In this document: one piece after another, positions 38,801 through 50,800 of the stretch | How the letters are laid out: every line of letters begins with the position of its first letter | How positions within the stretch are numbered: the first letter of the stretch is position 1 | Source of the DNA: Phoronis australis | Lineage: Eukaryota > Animalia > Phoronida | Assembly (NCBI GenBank): GCA_002633005.1 | Contig: NMRA01000582.1 | Span: 38,610 to 102,609, forward strand | Direction: 5' to 3' | DNA length: 64,000 nt | Notes under the pieces: model-generated | Database searches by the model: none | What the model was told of the DNA's origin: nothing | What the model saw: the letters and a program-made list of their open reading frames with translations, nothing else | Translations under genes and position numbers: made by a program

Positions 38801-41800
38801 CCACAAACAATGAGAGCCAATCACGTGACATTGGTGACTCGTGGTGCCATCTAACAGCTTAAGCAGGTACTTGAGCTTAGCGACAGGAGATACGCATTAC
38901 TCGCACACTTTTGGTGGCGTTGCAAAAATGGTTGTTATGCATTGTTCTGTAGGACACGTCTCGTTTTAGCATAAATTTTATCACTAGAAACGGGTAAAGT
39001 GCGCGTGTTCCAATCATGCAGAACCATTGTAGTTCGGACACAGCTCCTCGTTTTCAAGCATAATGGCAAACTCATGCAAGTAGTGAGCAGAGGCAGACTT
39101 CATGTTTGATGATGCTGGAATGGAATAATGGTCAACCTTTCAAAGGCTGTAGTGTTTGTTATTCAGAATACAGACATAGTAGCTTTTGAAATGTGACTGA
39201 AGGACAGTGTATAAGCTAAGCTTCTTAAACAGTTACAGACACACTTTTGCCATCATCTAGATATGCCTCTAAAACTGTTGAAGTTGAGTCTGCGCTCTGG
39301 ACACAGGATGCTTATGTGTGCAGTGTTCATTGATGTCACCATTAGATCTATCACCTGCAGTTTCAGAGTATTTGATGTGTTGTGATCACCTAGCTCAGTA
39401 TCAGCTCAACGTCGTTGTACACAAAGTTGATGTTCAAAATTGGTTCCCCAGCCTCACCAGTGTTGTATTCAACATTGTTGTATTCAACAGTGTTGGGCCG
39501 AATAGCTGGCGCTTTTTGTTACTATTAATATGGATGGGTCTCTTTTCGCTTTGTCTGTTGTTAACTTTTGTTTTTCTTTGTCAGTATCTGATACTGTCAA
39601 GTGTGCGTTGATGCACAGTTTGTTTGAGCGTTTTTCACGTGACATAGCAAGGCATTGTTATGCCAGTCATGAATCGGGATTAGTGCGGGATTTGGAATTA
39701 TGCTTCGTTTCTCTTGCTGTTGCTTTTGCATTTATCATTCTTATTTCATTTGAATTCCACGGCAGTTTGAGAGTGATGACCACTCTCTGTTCTCGTTGGG
39801 TTATTGTTCTAGGTCACCAAGTACCTTCTGTATAATTTTGAACTCTTAGTTATTTTACTGTTGTAGTATTTTCCTTTATTTTGTGTGCTCCATCATTGTG
39901 CTTCTGTACACATTACTGTAGTATTTTCTTGTTTAGACATCTGAAGGTCATTTAATTTTTAAGGTAAATGTCTACCTTTGTTACCAACAGGGCTTGGAAT
40001 TTTCCGCGGAAACGCGGATTTCCGCTTTTTTCAAATGTTCTTTCCGCGCATTTTATAATATTTCAGCGTAAAAAAATCGCATTTGATATAAAATTTCCGC
40101 GGCAAATTCCTTTCTTACCGCGGCGTTGCAGACGACGTTCACCTCGAAAAGCGGAAGTTGATCTTTATGTTTCTGAGGAACGTAAAATGTCAACATTGCC
40201 AGGGCATCTGGGATAGCGTGGTGGGATTTTCAATGGCGTCTCGTGTTACTGTAAACCGCGGCGACAAATACTAGGGCTCTGTAGCTAAAAATGTGTGGAT
40301 TGGGAGTCGACGGGCGACCTAAAAGGACGCAGACGCATGCTACTGATGGTGGTAACGTTTTTTTTTTTTAGTCCTCCATGTCGCGGGGCAAAAGGTTCAC
40401 AAAATCACATCGACCATTTCAAGGCTGGGTAGCGCGCATGATTTGGGCCGTAAAAGTTTCCACGTTTTTTGTCATTGGTCATTCCAAGCCCTGTACCAAG
40501 GATGAAATTTTTTGAATAACTTGTTTTTAAGCAGTTGTTAAGTCGTAAAAACACATTCATGTGATTACAAACATCTACGCATTGCTCTTGTCCACATAAA
40601 ATTCTATGATCATCAAGGATTTGAAGAGTTTACTTTTAAAAAAGTTATTCAAAGAAATTTTACCCTTGGTTACATAGATAACCTTATAGCTTGGAATTTT
40701 CATACATTATTAGATGGAGCAATTATTCATAGGGGTTGTCTGTAAAAAGTGATTCGTTTACATAAATTAAGAAAATATGATGCATAAGACAGCAATGTTG
40801 AATACATGAATGTTTTAAATTTTAGGATAGATAGTTTAAAAAAAGATGAGCCATTTAAAAATATAATTTAGATGAGTTGCTACGTGCTTTCATTTCAGTT
40901 CAGCTGTTTAATGTTTTCCAGCAACTAAGCGCTGACTTTTATGTGGTTGAACATAAGTACCATGTAATGAAGTGTGACAAAACTGAGCCTGTATTGACCG
41001 TGAAGTTCTTTATATTTGCCAGGCGAGGGCTTTAGTACTAGTAACAGTAGCAGCTCTGAGTCGCTGAACTCACGGACATCTTCCAACATGACCACGTCTA
41101 TGCCAAGTTACGTGCTCCAGTCGACACCAAGGACAGATGAAGTAATCACACGGCGGACACCAGTCAGACAGAAAAATGTTATAGGTAATGGCCACGCTGG
41201 TAGTACTGGCTGTAGTGGTGGTAATGGTCACTAATTTAGGACGGTGGACTAGTGAAGTTATACTTTTCCATTTTTCATATACTTTAGATAATGTAGTACC
41301 AAATAAATGTCTTTACCATGTTCAAGTTCTATACTTTAGCTACTATCAAGCGATGGTTTGAAAATATGCGGCCATTCAGAACAATGTTAGTTTTTAAAAA
41401 ATGGAAAAGACCAATTTTGGCCGTTATTCTTGTCCAAAATTAGTGACCCATTGCTGTAATCACTGTCACTCAAGCATATAGCTTCAGTTATAGTATTGCG
41501 TATAGCAAATTTAAATTTAGATTCAATTTAATTTTAATTTTAATTTAGCAGTGCAATTAGTGTTTTATGTCTAGCTTTACTTTGGTCGTATTGTCTGATT
41601 GAGGCTGCCATCTCACCGGTAAGTACTGGCAACAGCCTTGCCTTTGTGTAAGAATTTGTAAACTTTTAATTGTCAGTTTTTTATTTGTTCTTTGTTATTT
41701 AATCTTTCATTCTGAAAGTTTGCATGTCTATTCATTTATTTTTGATGCTCAAGTTGAAACACATGAAATGTACTTAGTTATTGAAGAATAAGTACTATAT

Positions 41801-44800
41801 ACTTCTATACGTTGAAAATTGATGTTAAAAAGTTATTTCTTTAAACATTGACAATGGGCGACTTGATGCTCACTAGGTGGCGCTGCTGAAAAAAGTGCCC
41901 TCTGTTGAACATTGGAAGAGATTGGCGACAGACAGCAGTACATTGGCATGTTCCATGTGCTCACCAGAAGGTGTTCACTACAGTTGCCTTTCTTGCACTA
42001 GTAACACCTCGCTGACTTGGAGCTCCCATCACCTTAACCATGAAGTTGATAAAATTATGTTTTTGTTCTAGCAAATCGAGTAACTGCCTACAATCAACAC
42101 TTGGCGAAAAAGGACTGGAAACCTGATCGTGCATCAGAGCCAGTGGTCTACCAGAACCTTGGTGGTAGTCTGCCTAAAACTGGCAGCGATGGCAATATGT
42201 ACCAGAACATTGGACCAGGCTATCTCATGTACGTATACTGACAATGTCGTGCTTGTAGTGGATCATGGGTAGGGAAACGTGCTGGTCGGCAAACTCATAA
42301 ATAATGTGCATAATTGCAGCTCTAGTCATCATAAGACCCATGAGTGTAGTGTTAATATGGGATTGTATTGTTTTTTAAGTCTCGTCTTTAAATTCAGATG
42401 TTCAACAGTAGTGTTTTGGGATCTGACCACATATTTTTTTCTGTGGTCCATATGGTTCACAAGTACTGACCACTGGGTTTAGAGATCTGACCAGGATATT
42501 TATGAGACTTTCTACTTGACTGTTTCCCTACCCTGTTGCTATAACACCTAAACATTGTTGCACTATAGAAAACAACCTGTAAGCATATCTATGGATACAC
42601 TGCATTAGGCCATATTGGGTGATGTTTCAATGGTCATGGTTGGAGACATGTTTGGGAATACTTAATTTATTCATTATACTGTTTATCACATGATATGGCT
42701 TGATGAATATTGATGCAGAGACTTAGTTATTGGACAACAAAGCATTCTGAAAACAAACTCCATCTTATGGTCTTGTCCAAGTACTTCGTAGAACCTCTTT
42801 TAAGGAAAAGTACTTGATGAAAACAGGGCGACTTGACTTTTGTAAAACCTCTTGATCCTATACTGGTCCATACGTTAATGCTGGTTTTACATCTAGTAAG
42901 ATACATGCATACGAGTTGAAACAGGAAACTAGCTGCTTAGCTGTAACACTAACATACATAGTTAAATGGTAAGAACAAATAGGTGAACTGCTTAGCTGTA
43001 ACACTAACATACATAGTTAAATGGTAAGAACAAATAGGTGAACAATTCAAGAGTGTCATGTCCTTTACAATGAACTGAGAAGTTTAAGATGAATAGTTTA
43101 ACAATGCATGCTCCCTCCCACATAGTGCTAATACTAACATTGGTTACAATGTGCTCTAAATTGCTCTAATTACTAAGTATTGTAATTAGTTTCAAAATTG
43201 AACTTTGCGCCAGCACGTGATTTGTAATATCCATATCCTGCTCATTGATTTGGAAAATATTTCAAACATTGGAGTAGCGACGAAGCATTGTTTTTATAAT
43301 GAAATTTCTGTTTGCTTATTCGTGGTAGATTTCAGCATGTGTGGAAAACTGATTTAACAAGGTTTGTGCTTGCCAGCTTTATTTAATTCCCTGTTTTGTT
43401 TGATTGTCTGTGTTGCTGTGATGCTGAGGTTTTGACAAAAATTCCAGTGAAAACACTTGCAGTCTTGGTTGAAATATGGATTTTTTGGAAATATCTGATG
43501 GTTTAAATTCAGACATCTACTGGGAAAAAATTTAAGATAAGTAGTTGCAGTGTTCCTGGATAATAACTTCATTACGACATTTAGGTTTGTAGTTAAACAG
43601 TACATTGTTAGGTATGCGAAATTGTAACTTGACTACGCCGTTTTAGTTCTAGTGATTCTAACAACGACAACAGCACGACACAACCCGAGAAGGACGCCTC
43701 TCTCCCCAAACCTAACCAAACTCGTGCCAAACCCACTGTCCCTCTGAAACCCAAAAACAGCCTCAGACTGGGAGCTCCGTTTCAAGCTCTCAAAAAACGG
43801 ATACCAAATGAATCTGTGTAAGACTTGTACAGCTGTTGTGACATTTGCGTTGGTTCACCCTGCTTTGCTAGAGCCTTGATTTGTTTTGTCTCCCGCTTCG
43901 TATAATTTATACATTTACGCTTTTTTCCCTTGCACGATATCGTTAAATGCCTGTTGGCAAAGCAAAAGTATTCAGTGCCACCTATTGACAATTTAATTTC
44001 TCATATATATTTATCCATAGTGCCCAATTAGTGTCGTTTCTTTAATTTTTTTCATCGGTGATCGCATTCACTTGCTTTGTCAGCATGTTGCTTAACTTTT
44101 TTTACCAATTTTTGTTTTTGGATTGTGATATTTGTTTTCTGTTGATGCTTGCATTTGATGATATGTATGCTGCAGTGGGACCAACTGGTTATCCAGTCCC
44201 CAACACTGCACAGGCTCTGTGGTGGAATGTAGGAAGCCATTATGCGAATCCAAACATTGATCATGATGTTAGAAATAACTCTGTAAAGCATTTTTATTTG
44301 TCGTTGAATGTTTTTTAAATGTTCATATTTTGGTTTTTGCGTAAAATATGGGGGTCACCTAATTACTTTTTCTGTTACAGCCCCCTAAACAGAGACACCT
44401 TTGGCAAAAATGTGAAATTTGCAACAATTACTGAAAAGCCATTGCATATTAAACGAATGATTCAAATGTTTTTGAAAATGGAATAATTTCATTGCTCCCT
44501 TGAATGTTTTTATTGCATCCCAACGGGGTAATTTTGCTCTGGAGATGGTCGACAAGTGGTTGCCGTTTATGTGCTCTTTTCTCCGAAGCGTTAAACATCA
44601 CTGCTGTTTTTGAATATGGCAATCCTTACAGTCACAGCTTTGTCGTTACATGAAGCTGGCAAGTTACTTCACGTTCATACAGACTACCAAATTAAATGCC
44701 ACTTTGTGGACAAACATCAGGTATTAATTCTTCAAAGAAAAACATGTTCCTTGCAACACACTTGTATTATTGCCAGTTTACTTGATAACATTTCTGGTAC

Positions 44801-47800
44801 AAATAGAAACATGCGACCGTGTCGAGTAAAACAATGACAAAACATTCAAATGCTGTGTAAGACCAGGGGTTTGTTTCATGAAAGTGAACGAAGACTAAAG
44901 ACAGAAATGTGCTGTTAGTATCCCACTTCAAAGTTGTTGAAAAAGGTTTAATTAAGTAAATTATCAACACATCACATTCTAGAAATAATGTACTGAAATT
45001 ATCTCAATAACTTAACAGTTTTATGTGTGGAAGCAGTTTTACAAAGTATGGTTCTTTGCCTTGGCAAGTACCGCATTTATAAACAAAGATTAAAGTGCAA
45101 ATATCCCTGCCTTGCAATGTTTAAAAAGGAAGTTGTGTTGTACATTTCCACTGAACAATATATATATGTAAACAAAATGAAATATGGTGAATTTATAGAG
45201 TGCTGGCAAGGTCTTGATCTTGTTTGCTTATTCTGAATGAATCATAGCCTCTTGTTTTTTTTCTCCAATGTCAAATTACCTTTGTACATATCAGCACTGT
45301 AAGTTAACACCTTCAACTGTTCCTTTATCAAAACAAAAAAGTTATTGCATCGTGAAATTGTGTGATCTGTACCGTACCTATTATATTGAATAAAAAAAAA
45401 ATTTTTAAAGTTTTATGTGTTGTGTAATCTCATAGAGTTTGAACTTTTGCACAGAAATAGTTGTGCGGAGCCTAAGATCTAATTTCTCACTTTTAAGTCA
45501 CTAAATGAAACGGACCCCAGCTTATTTTCTGCTAAATAGTTCAAAAGATTTTGCCACAATAACTTGGTTCTCACCACAAGTCCACCATTCTCAACAGACC
45601 GTGAACACTAATTGATACTGTATAAAGCATTTACTTATGATACTTTGTTAGTAGCATGTGATCATAATAATAATAAAGTGCACATCACTCACGCTTTAGT
45701 CAAGATCATACTGCATGGCTTAGTACTGAGCCATCACGATTATACTGCATGGCGTATTGAGCCATCACCGCCAGGGATTAATGCCATCGACCTTTACTTG
45801 AAACTGGACTCAAGTTACCAATTGCGTGTCAAACCTCAAGACACAAGCCAAGCGTCATGGTCTTAAGCGTTAGAAATTTGTATCACTTATTTCAGTTATT
45901 TTTAGCCAGTCATATTTGTTGTATTTGAGTCAAATATATATCGGATGTTTTGAATATATGGTGAGTTTAGTTTAATGTCGCTGACTTTACACCGTGCTCT
46001 ATAGACTGCATCCAGTCCATTGCTTGCTTCAGCGCCTGGATTCACCTACACAAAGTTCTAATGGGCACTGGCAATATTCCCTTGACCTAATTAGCGACAT
46101 TCTCTTGACCTAATTAGCGATATCCCGTGACCTAATTAGCGATATTCCCTCGACTTAATTAGCGATATTCCCTTGAGCTAAATACTTCTGCTACTCAGCG
46201 TTTCGTTTGTTTTAGTTAATTATCATTAGTTTAGTTTTTCTAGTGTGCTAGTATGGTGAGATAGCTTTCAATACTTCTTTACAATTGTTTAACAGTGACT
46301 TTGAGCCTCAATGTGAAGTGAATGTTGTGCTTCTTGTTGTCTTTATTACTTCCATGTTGTGAACAGTCATCACAGCTGCTGAGATGTGAACAATGACCGT
46401 AGTTGCATTGTAAGCCTCTGCAGACTCCTAAAAGGTGGCGCTTTAGTCATGCATTCTGATGATACCCACTTTTTTGTATGCATCATGTTAATGTTAAGTC
46501 ATGTGTATGCTTTCAGGAGTTCTTCCACCAGCAGTCTTTCCAGTGTGTCCAACAGCACACCCAGGAGGTAAGTCTAGGCACGGGAGTACCTCCACTGACT
46601 GCGTTAACGGGAGGTGCTGCCAGGAAGAATCACTTTTTGCTAGTGCAGGGGTTTATTGTAGCCAAAACAACCATGGTAGGATGCATGTTGTCCCTAATCA
46701 CTATGGGAGGGTCGCATGACAGTGACAGCCACAGGGATTCCGATGGCTTGGAAACACAAAGTATTGCCAAATGGTAGGAATGTGGAAGAAAAGACTTACC
46801 ATTGAGTACTTCTTTCAAATCTTTAGCTGTATAACTTATTTAAAAGATAGGTCAAACAACCCATAGGGTCCTAGGTCTGCGACAGGTGTTAGATATTGGC
46901 ATATGTACTTCACATCGACTCCACAACACTTGAAGCCCTTTATAAGAATAAGTTCTAAACTGTTCGACTATTTCTAGAAGTGGTTTGCTGATGTCTTGTA
47001 ATTTTTTGTTGAATTTTTATACTCTGTTTTTTAATTATGACGACCTTTACTGCCAGGAATAATCCATTNNNNNNNNNNNNNNNNNNNNNNNNNNNNNNNN
47101 NNNNNNNNNNNNNNNNNNNNNNNNNNNNNNNNNNNNNNNNNNNNNNNNNNNNNNNNNNNNNNNNNNNNNNNNNNNNNNNNNNNNNNNNNNNNNNNNNNNN
47201 NNNNNNNNNNNNNNNNNNNNNNNNNNNNNNNNNNNNNNNNNNNNNNNNNNNNNNNNNNNNNNNNNNNNNNNNNNNNNNNNNNNNNNNNNNNNNNNNNNNN
47301 NNNNNNNNNNNNNNNNNNNNNNNNNNNNNNNNNNNNNNNNNNNNNNNNNNNNNNNNNNNNNNNNNNNNNNNNNNNNNNNNNNNNNNNNNNNNNNNNNNNN
47401 NNNNNNNNNNNNNNNNNNNNNNNNNNNNNNNNNNNNNNNNNNNNNNNNNNNNNNNNNNNNNNNNNNNNNNNNNNNNNNNNNNNNNNNNNNNNNNNNNNNN
47501 NNNNNNNNNNNNNNNNNNNNNNNNNNNNNNNNNNNNNNNNNNNNNNNNNNNNNNNNNNNNNNNNNNNNNNNNNNNNNNNNNNNNNNNNNNNNNNNNNNNN
47601 NNNNNNNNNNNNNNNNNNNNNNNNNNNNNNNNNNNNNNNNNNNNNNNNNNNNNNNNNNNNNNNNNNNNNNNNNNNNNNNNGTAATTTTGCTCTGGAGATG
47701 GTCGACAAGTGGTTGCCGTTTATGTGCTCTTTTCTCCTAAGCGTTAAACATCACTGCTGTTTTTGAATATGGCAATCCTTACAGTCACAGCTTTGTCGTT

Positions 47801-50800
47801 ACATGAAGCTGGCAAGTTACTTCACGTTCATACAGACTACCAAATTAAATGCCACTTTGTGGACAAACATCAGGTATTGATTCTTCAAAGAAAAACATGT
47901 TCCTTGCAACACACTTGTATTATTCACAGTTTACTTGATAACATTTCTGGTACAAATAGAAACATACGACCGTGTCGAGTAAAACAATGCCAAAACATTC
48001 AAATGCTGTGTAAGACCAGGGGTTTGTTTCATGAAAGTGAATGAAGACTAAAGACAGAAATGTGCTGTTTGGCTTCCACTTCAAAGTGGTTGAAAAAGGT
48101 TTAATTTTATTAAGTAAATTATCAACACATCACACTCTAGAAATAATTTACAGAAATTATCTCAGTAACTAACAGTTTTATATGTGGAAGCAGTTTTACA
48201 AAGTATGGTTCTTTGCTTCGGCAAGTACCACATTTATAAACAAAAATTAAAGTGCAAATATCCCTGCTTTGCAATGTTTAAAAGGGAAGTTGTGTTGTAC
48301 ATTTCCACTGAACGGTATGGCAACGTCTTGATCTTGTTTGCTTATTCTGAATGAATCATAGCCTCTACTTGTTTTTTTTTTCTCCAATGTCAAATTACCT
48401 TTGTACATATCAGCACTGTAAGTTAACGCCTTTAACTGTTTCTTTATCAAAACAAAAAAGTTCTTGCATCGTGTAATGGTGTGATCTGTACCATATATTG
48501 AATAAAAAAAAATTTTAAAAGTTTTATGTGTTGTGTAATCTCATAGAGTTTGAACTTTTGCACAAGTGAGATGATTTTTCAGAAATAGTTGTGCGGAACC
48601 TAAGATCCAATTTCTCACTTTTAAGTCCCTGTGTGAAACAGAACCCAGCTTATTTTCTGCTAAATAGTTCAAAAGATTTTGCCACAATAACTTTGTTCTC
48701 ACCACAAGTCCACCATTGTCAACAGACCGTGAACACTAATTGATATTGTATAAAGCATTTACTTATGATAGTTTTGTTAGTAGCTTGTGATCATAGTAGT
48801 AATAAAGTGCACATCACACACGACGCTTTAGTCAAGATCATACTGTGTGGCTTAGTATTGAGCCATCACGATCATACTGTGTGGCTTAGTATTGAGCCAT
48901 CATGATCATACTGTATGGCTTAGTATTGAGCCATCACGATCATACTGTATGGCTTAGTATTGAGCCATCACGATCATACTGTATGGCTTAGTATTGAGCC
49001 ATCACGATCATACTGTATGGCTTAGTATTGAGCCATCACGATCATACTGTATGGCTTAGTATTGAGCCATCACGATCTTACTGCATGGCTTAGTATTGAG
49101 CCATCACGATCATACTGTATGGCTTAGTATTGAGCCATCACGATCATACTGCATGGTGTATTGAGCCATCACCGCCAGGGATTAATGCCATCAATTTTTA
49201 CTTGAAACTGGACTCAAGTTACCAATTGCGTGTCAAACCTCAAGACACAAGCCAAGCGTCATGGTCTTAAGCATTAAAAATTTGTATCACTTATTTCAGT
49301 CATTTTTAGCCAGTCATATTTGTTGTATTTGAGTCAAATATATCTCGGATGTTTTGAATATATGGTGAGTTCAGTTTAATGTCGCTGACTTTACACCGTG
49401 CTCTATAGACTGCATCCAGTCCATTGCTTGCTTCAGCGCCTGGATTCACGTACACAAAGATCTAATAGGCACTGGCAATATTCCCTTAACCTAATTAGCG
49501 ACATTCCCGTGACCTAATTAGCGATATTCCGTAGACTTAATTAGTGATATTCCCTTGAGCTAAATACTTCTGCTACTCAGCGTTTCATTTGTTTTAGTTA
49601 ATTATCATTAGTTTAGTTTTTCTAGTGTGCTAGTATGGTGCGATAGCTTTCAATACTTCTTTACAATTGTTTAACAGTGACTTTGCGCCTCAATGTGAAG
49701 TGAATGTTGTGCTTCTTGTTGTCTTATTACTTCCATGTTGTGAAGGGTCATCACAGCTGCTGAGATGTGAACAATGACCATAGTTGCATTGTAAGCCTCT
49801 GCAGACTCCTAAAAGGTGGCGCTTTTGTCATGCATTCTGATGATACCCACTTTTTTGTATGCATCATGTTGATGTTATGTCATGTGTATGCTTTCAGGAG
49901 TTCTTCCACCAGCAGTCTTTCCAGTGTGTCCAACAGCACACCCAGGAGGTAAGTCTAGGCGCGGGAGTACCTCCACTGACTGCGTTAACGGGAGGTGCTG
50001 CCAGGAAGAATCACTTTTTGCTAGTGCAGGGGTTTATTGTGGCCAAAACAACCATGATAGGATGCATGTTGTCCCTAATCGCTATGGGAGGGTCGCATGA
50101 CAGTGACAGCCAAAGGGATTCCGATGGCTTGGAAACACTAAGTATTGCCAAATGGTAGGAATGTGGAAGAAAAGACTTACCATTGAGTACTTCTTTCAAA
50201 TCTTCAGCTGTATAACTTATTTAAAAGCTAGGTCAAACAACCCATAGGGTCCTAGGTCTGCGACAGGTGTTAGAAATTGGCGTATGTACTTCACATCGAC
50301 TCCACAACACTTGAAGCCCTTTATAAGAATAAGTTCTAAACTGTTCGACTATTTCTAGAAGTGGTTTGCTGATGTCTTGTAATTTTTTGTTGAATTTTTA
50401 TACTCTGTTTTTTAATTATGACGACCTTTACTGCCAGGAATAATCCATTGTACTTTTTGCGTTCTGTTACAGGAAGGTTATGACATTATATGCATGTGAA
50501 GCTGAAAATGACTCGGAACTGTCGTTTGAGCCGAATGAAATCGTACACAATGGTAAGTAATTTGACCTTTTGACGATTTTGGTTTGGGCAAAGTAAGTAG
50601 TAGAAATCCCAGCACAATTGTTAAGAGTCCATTTTGATTAAGTTCTATTCATCATATCACCACAAACAGGGTCACAAATAACAAAATCAACTCAACCAAA
50701 ACTCACCTGTGAAGCAGCCAGGCAAAGCTATCCCAAAAGGGTGAGCTCAATGGACCCCACTTTGCCATTCAGTGAAGCCCTAGCATTCAGATCAACAATG

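Larger units (their letters stand above)
44528..50449. repeat. About 2.5-2.8 kb direct duplication (44528-47068 and 47681-50449) flanking an N gap; probable uncollapsed haplotypes
   Basis: The sequence after the gap restarts at gtaattttgctctggagatg (44528); copy 1 ends at the gap with aataatccatt, found again at 50449; differences are SNPs and indels. Confidence 0.9.

Noticed and set aside
44176-44260. Possible second alternative terminal exon ([11 protein letters not shown]...)
   Set aside because: Weak pyrimidine tract, short frame and no recognisable motif; more likely 3'UTR or intron
47031-47708. 215-225 aa ORFs
   Set aside because: They consist almost entirely of the N gap
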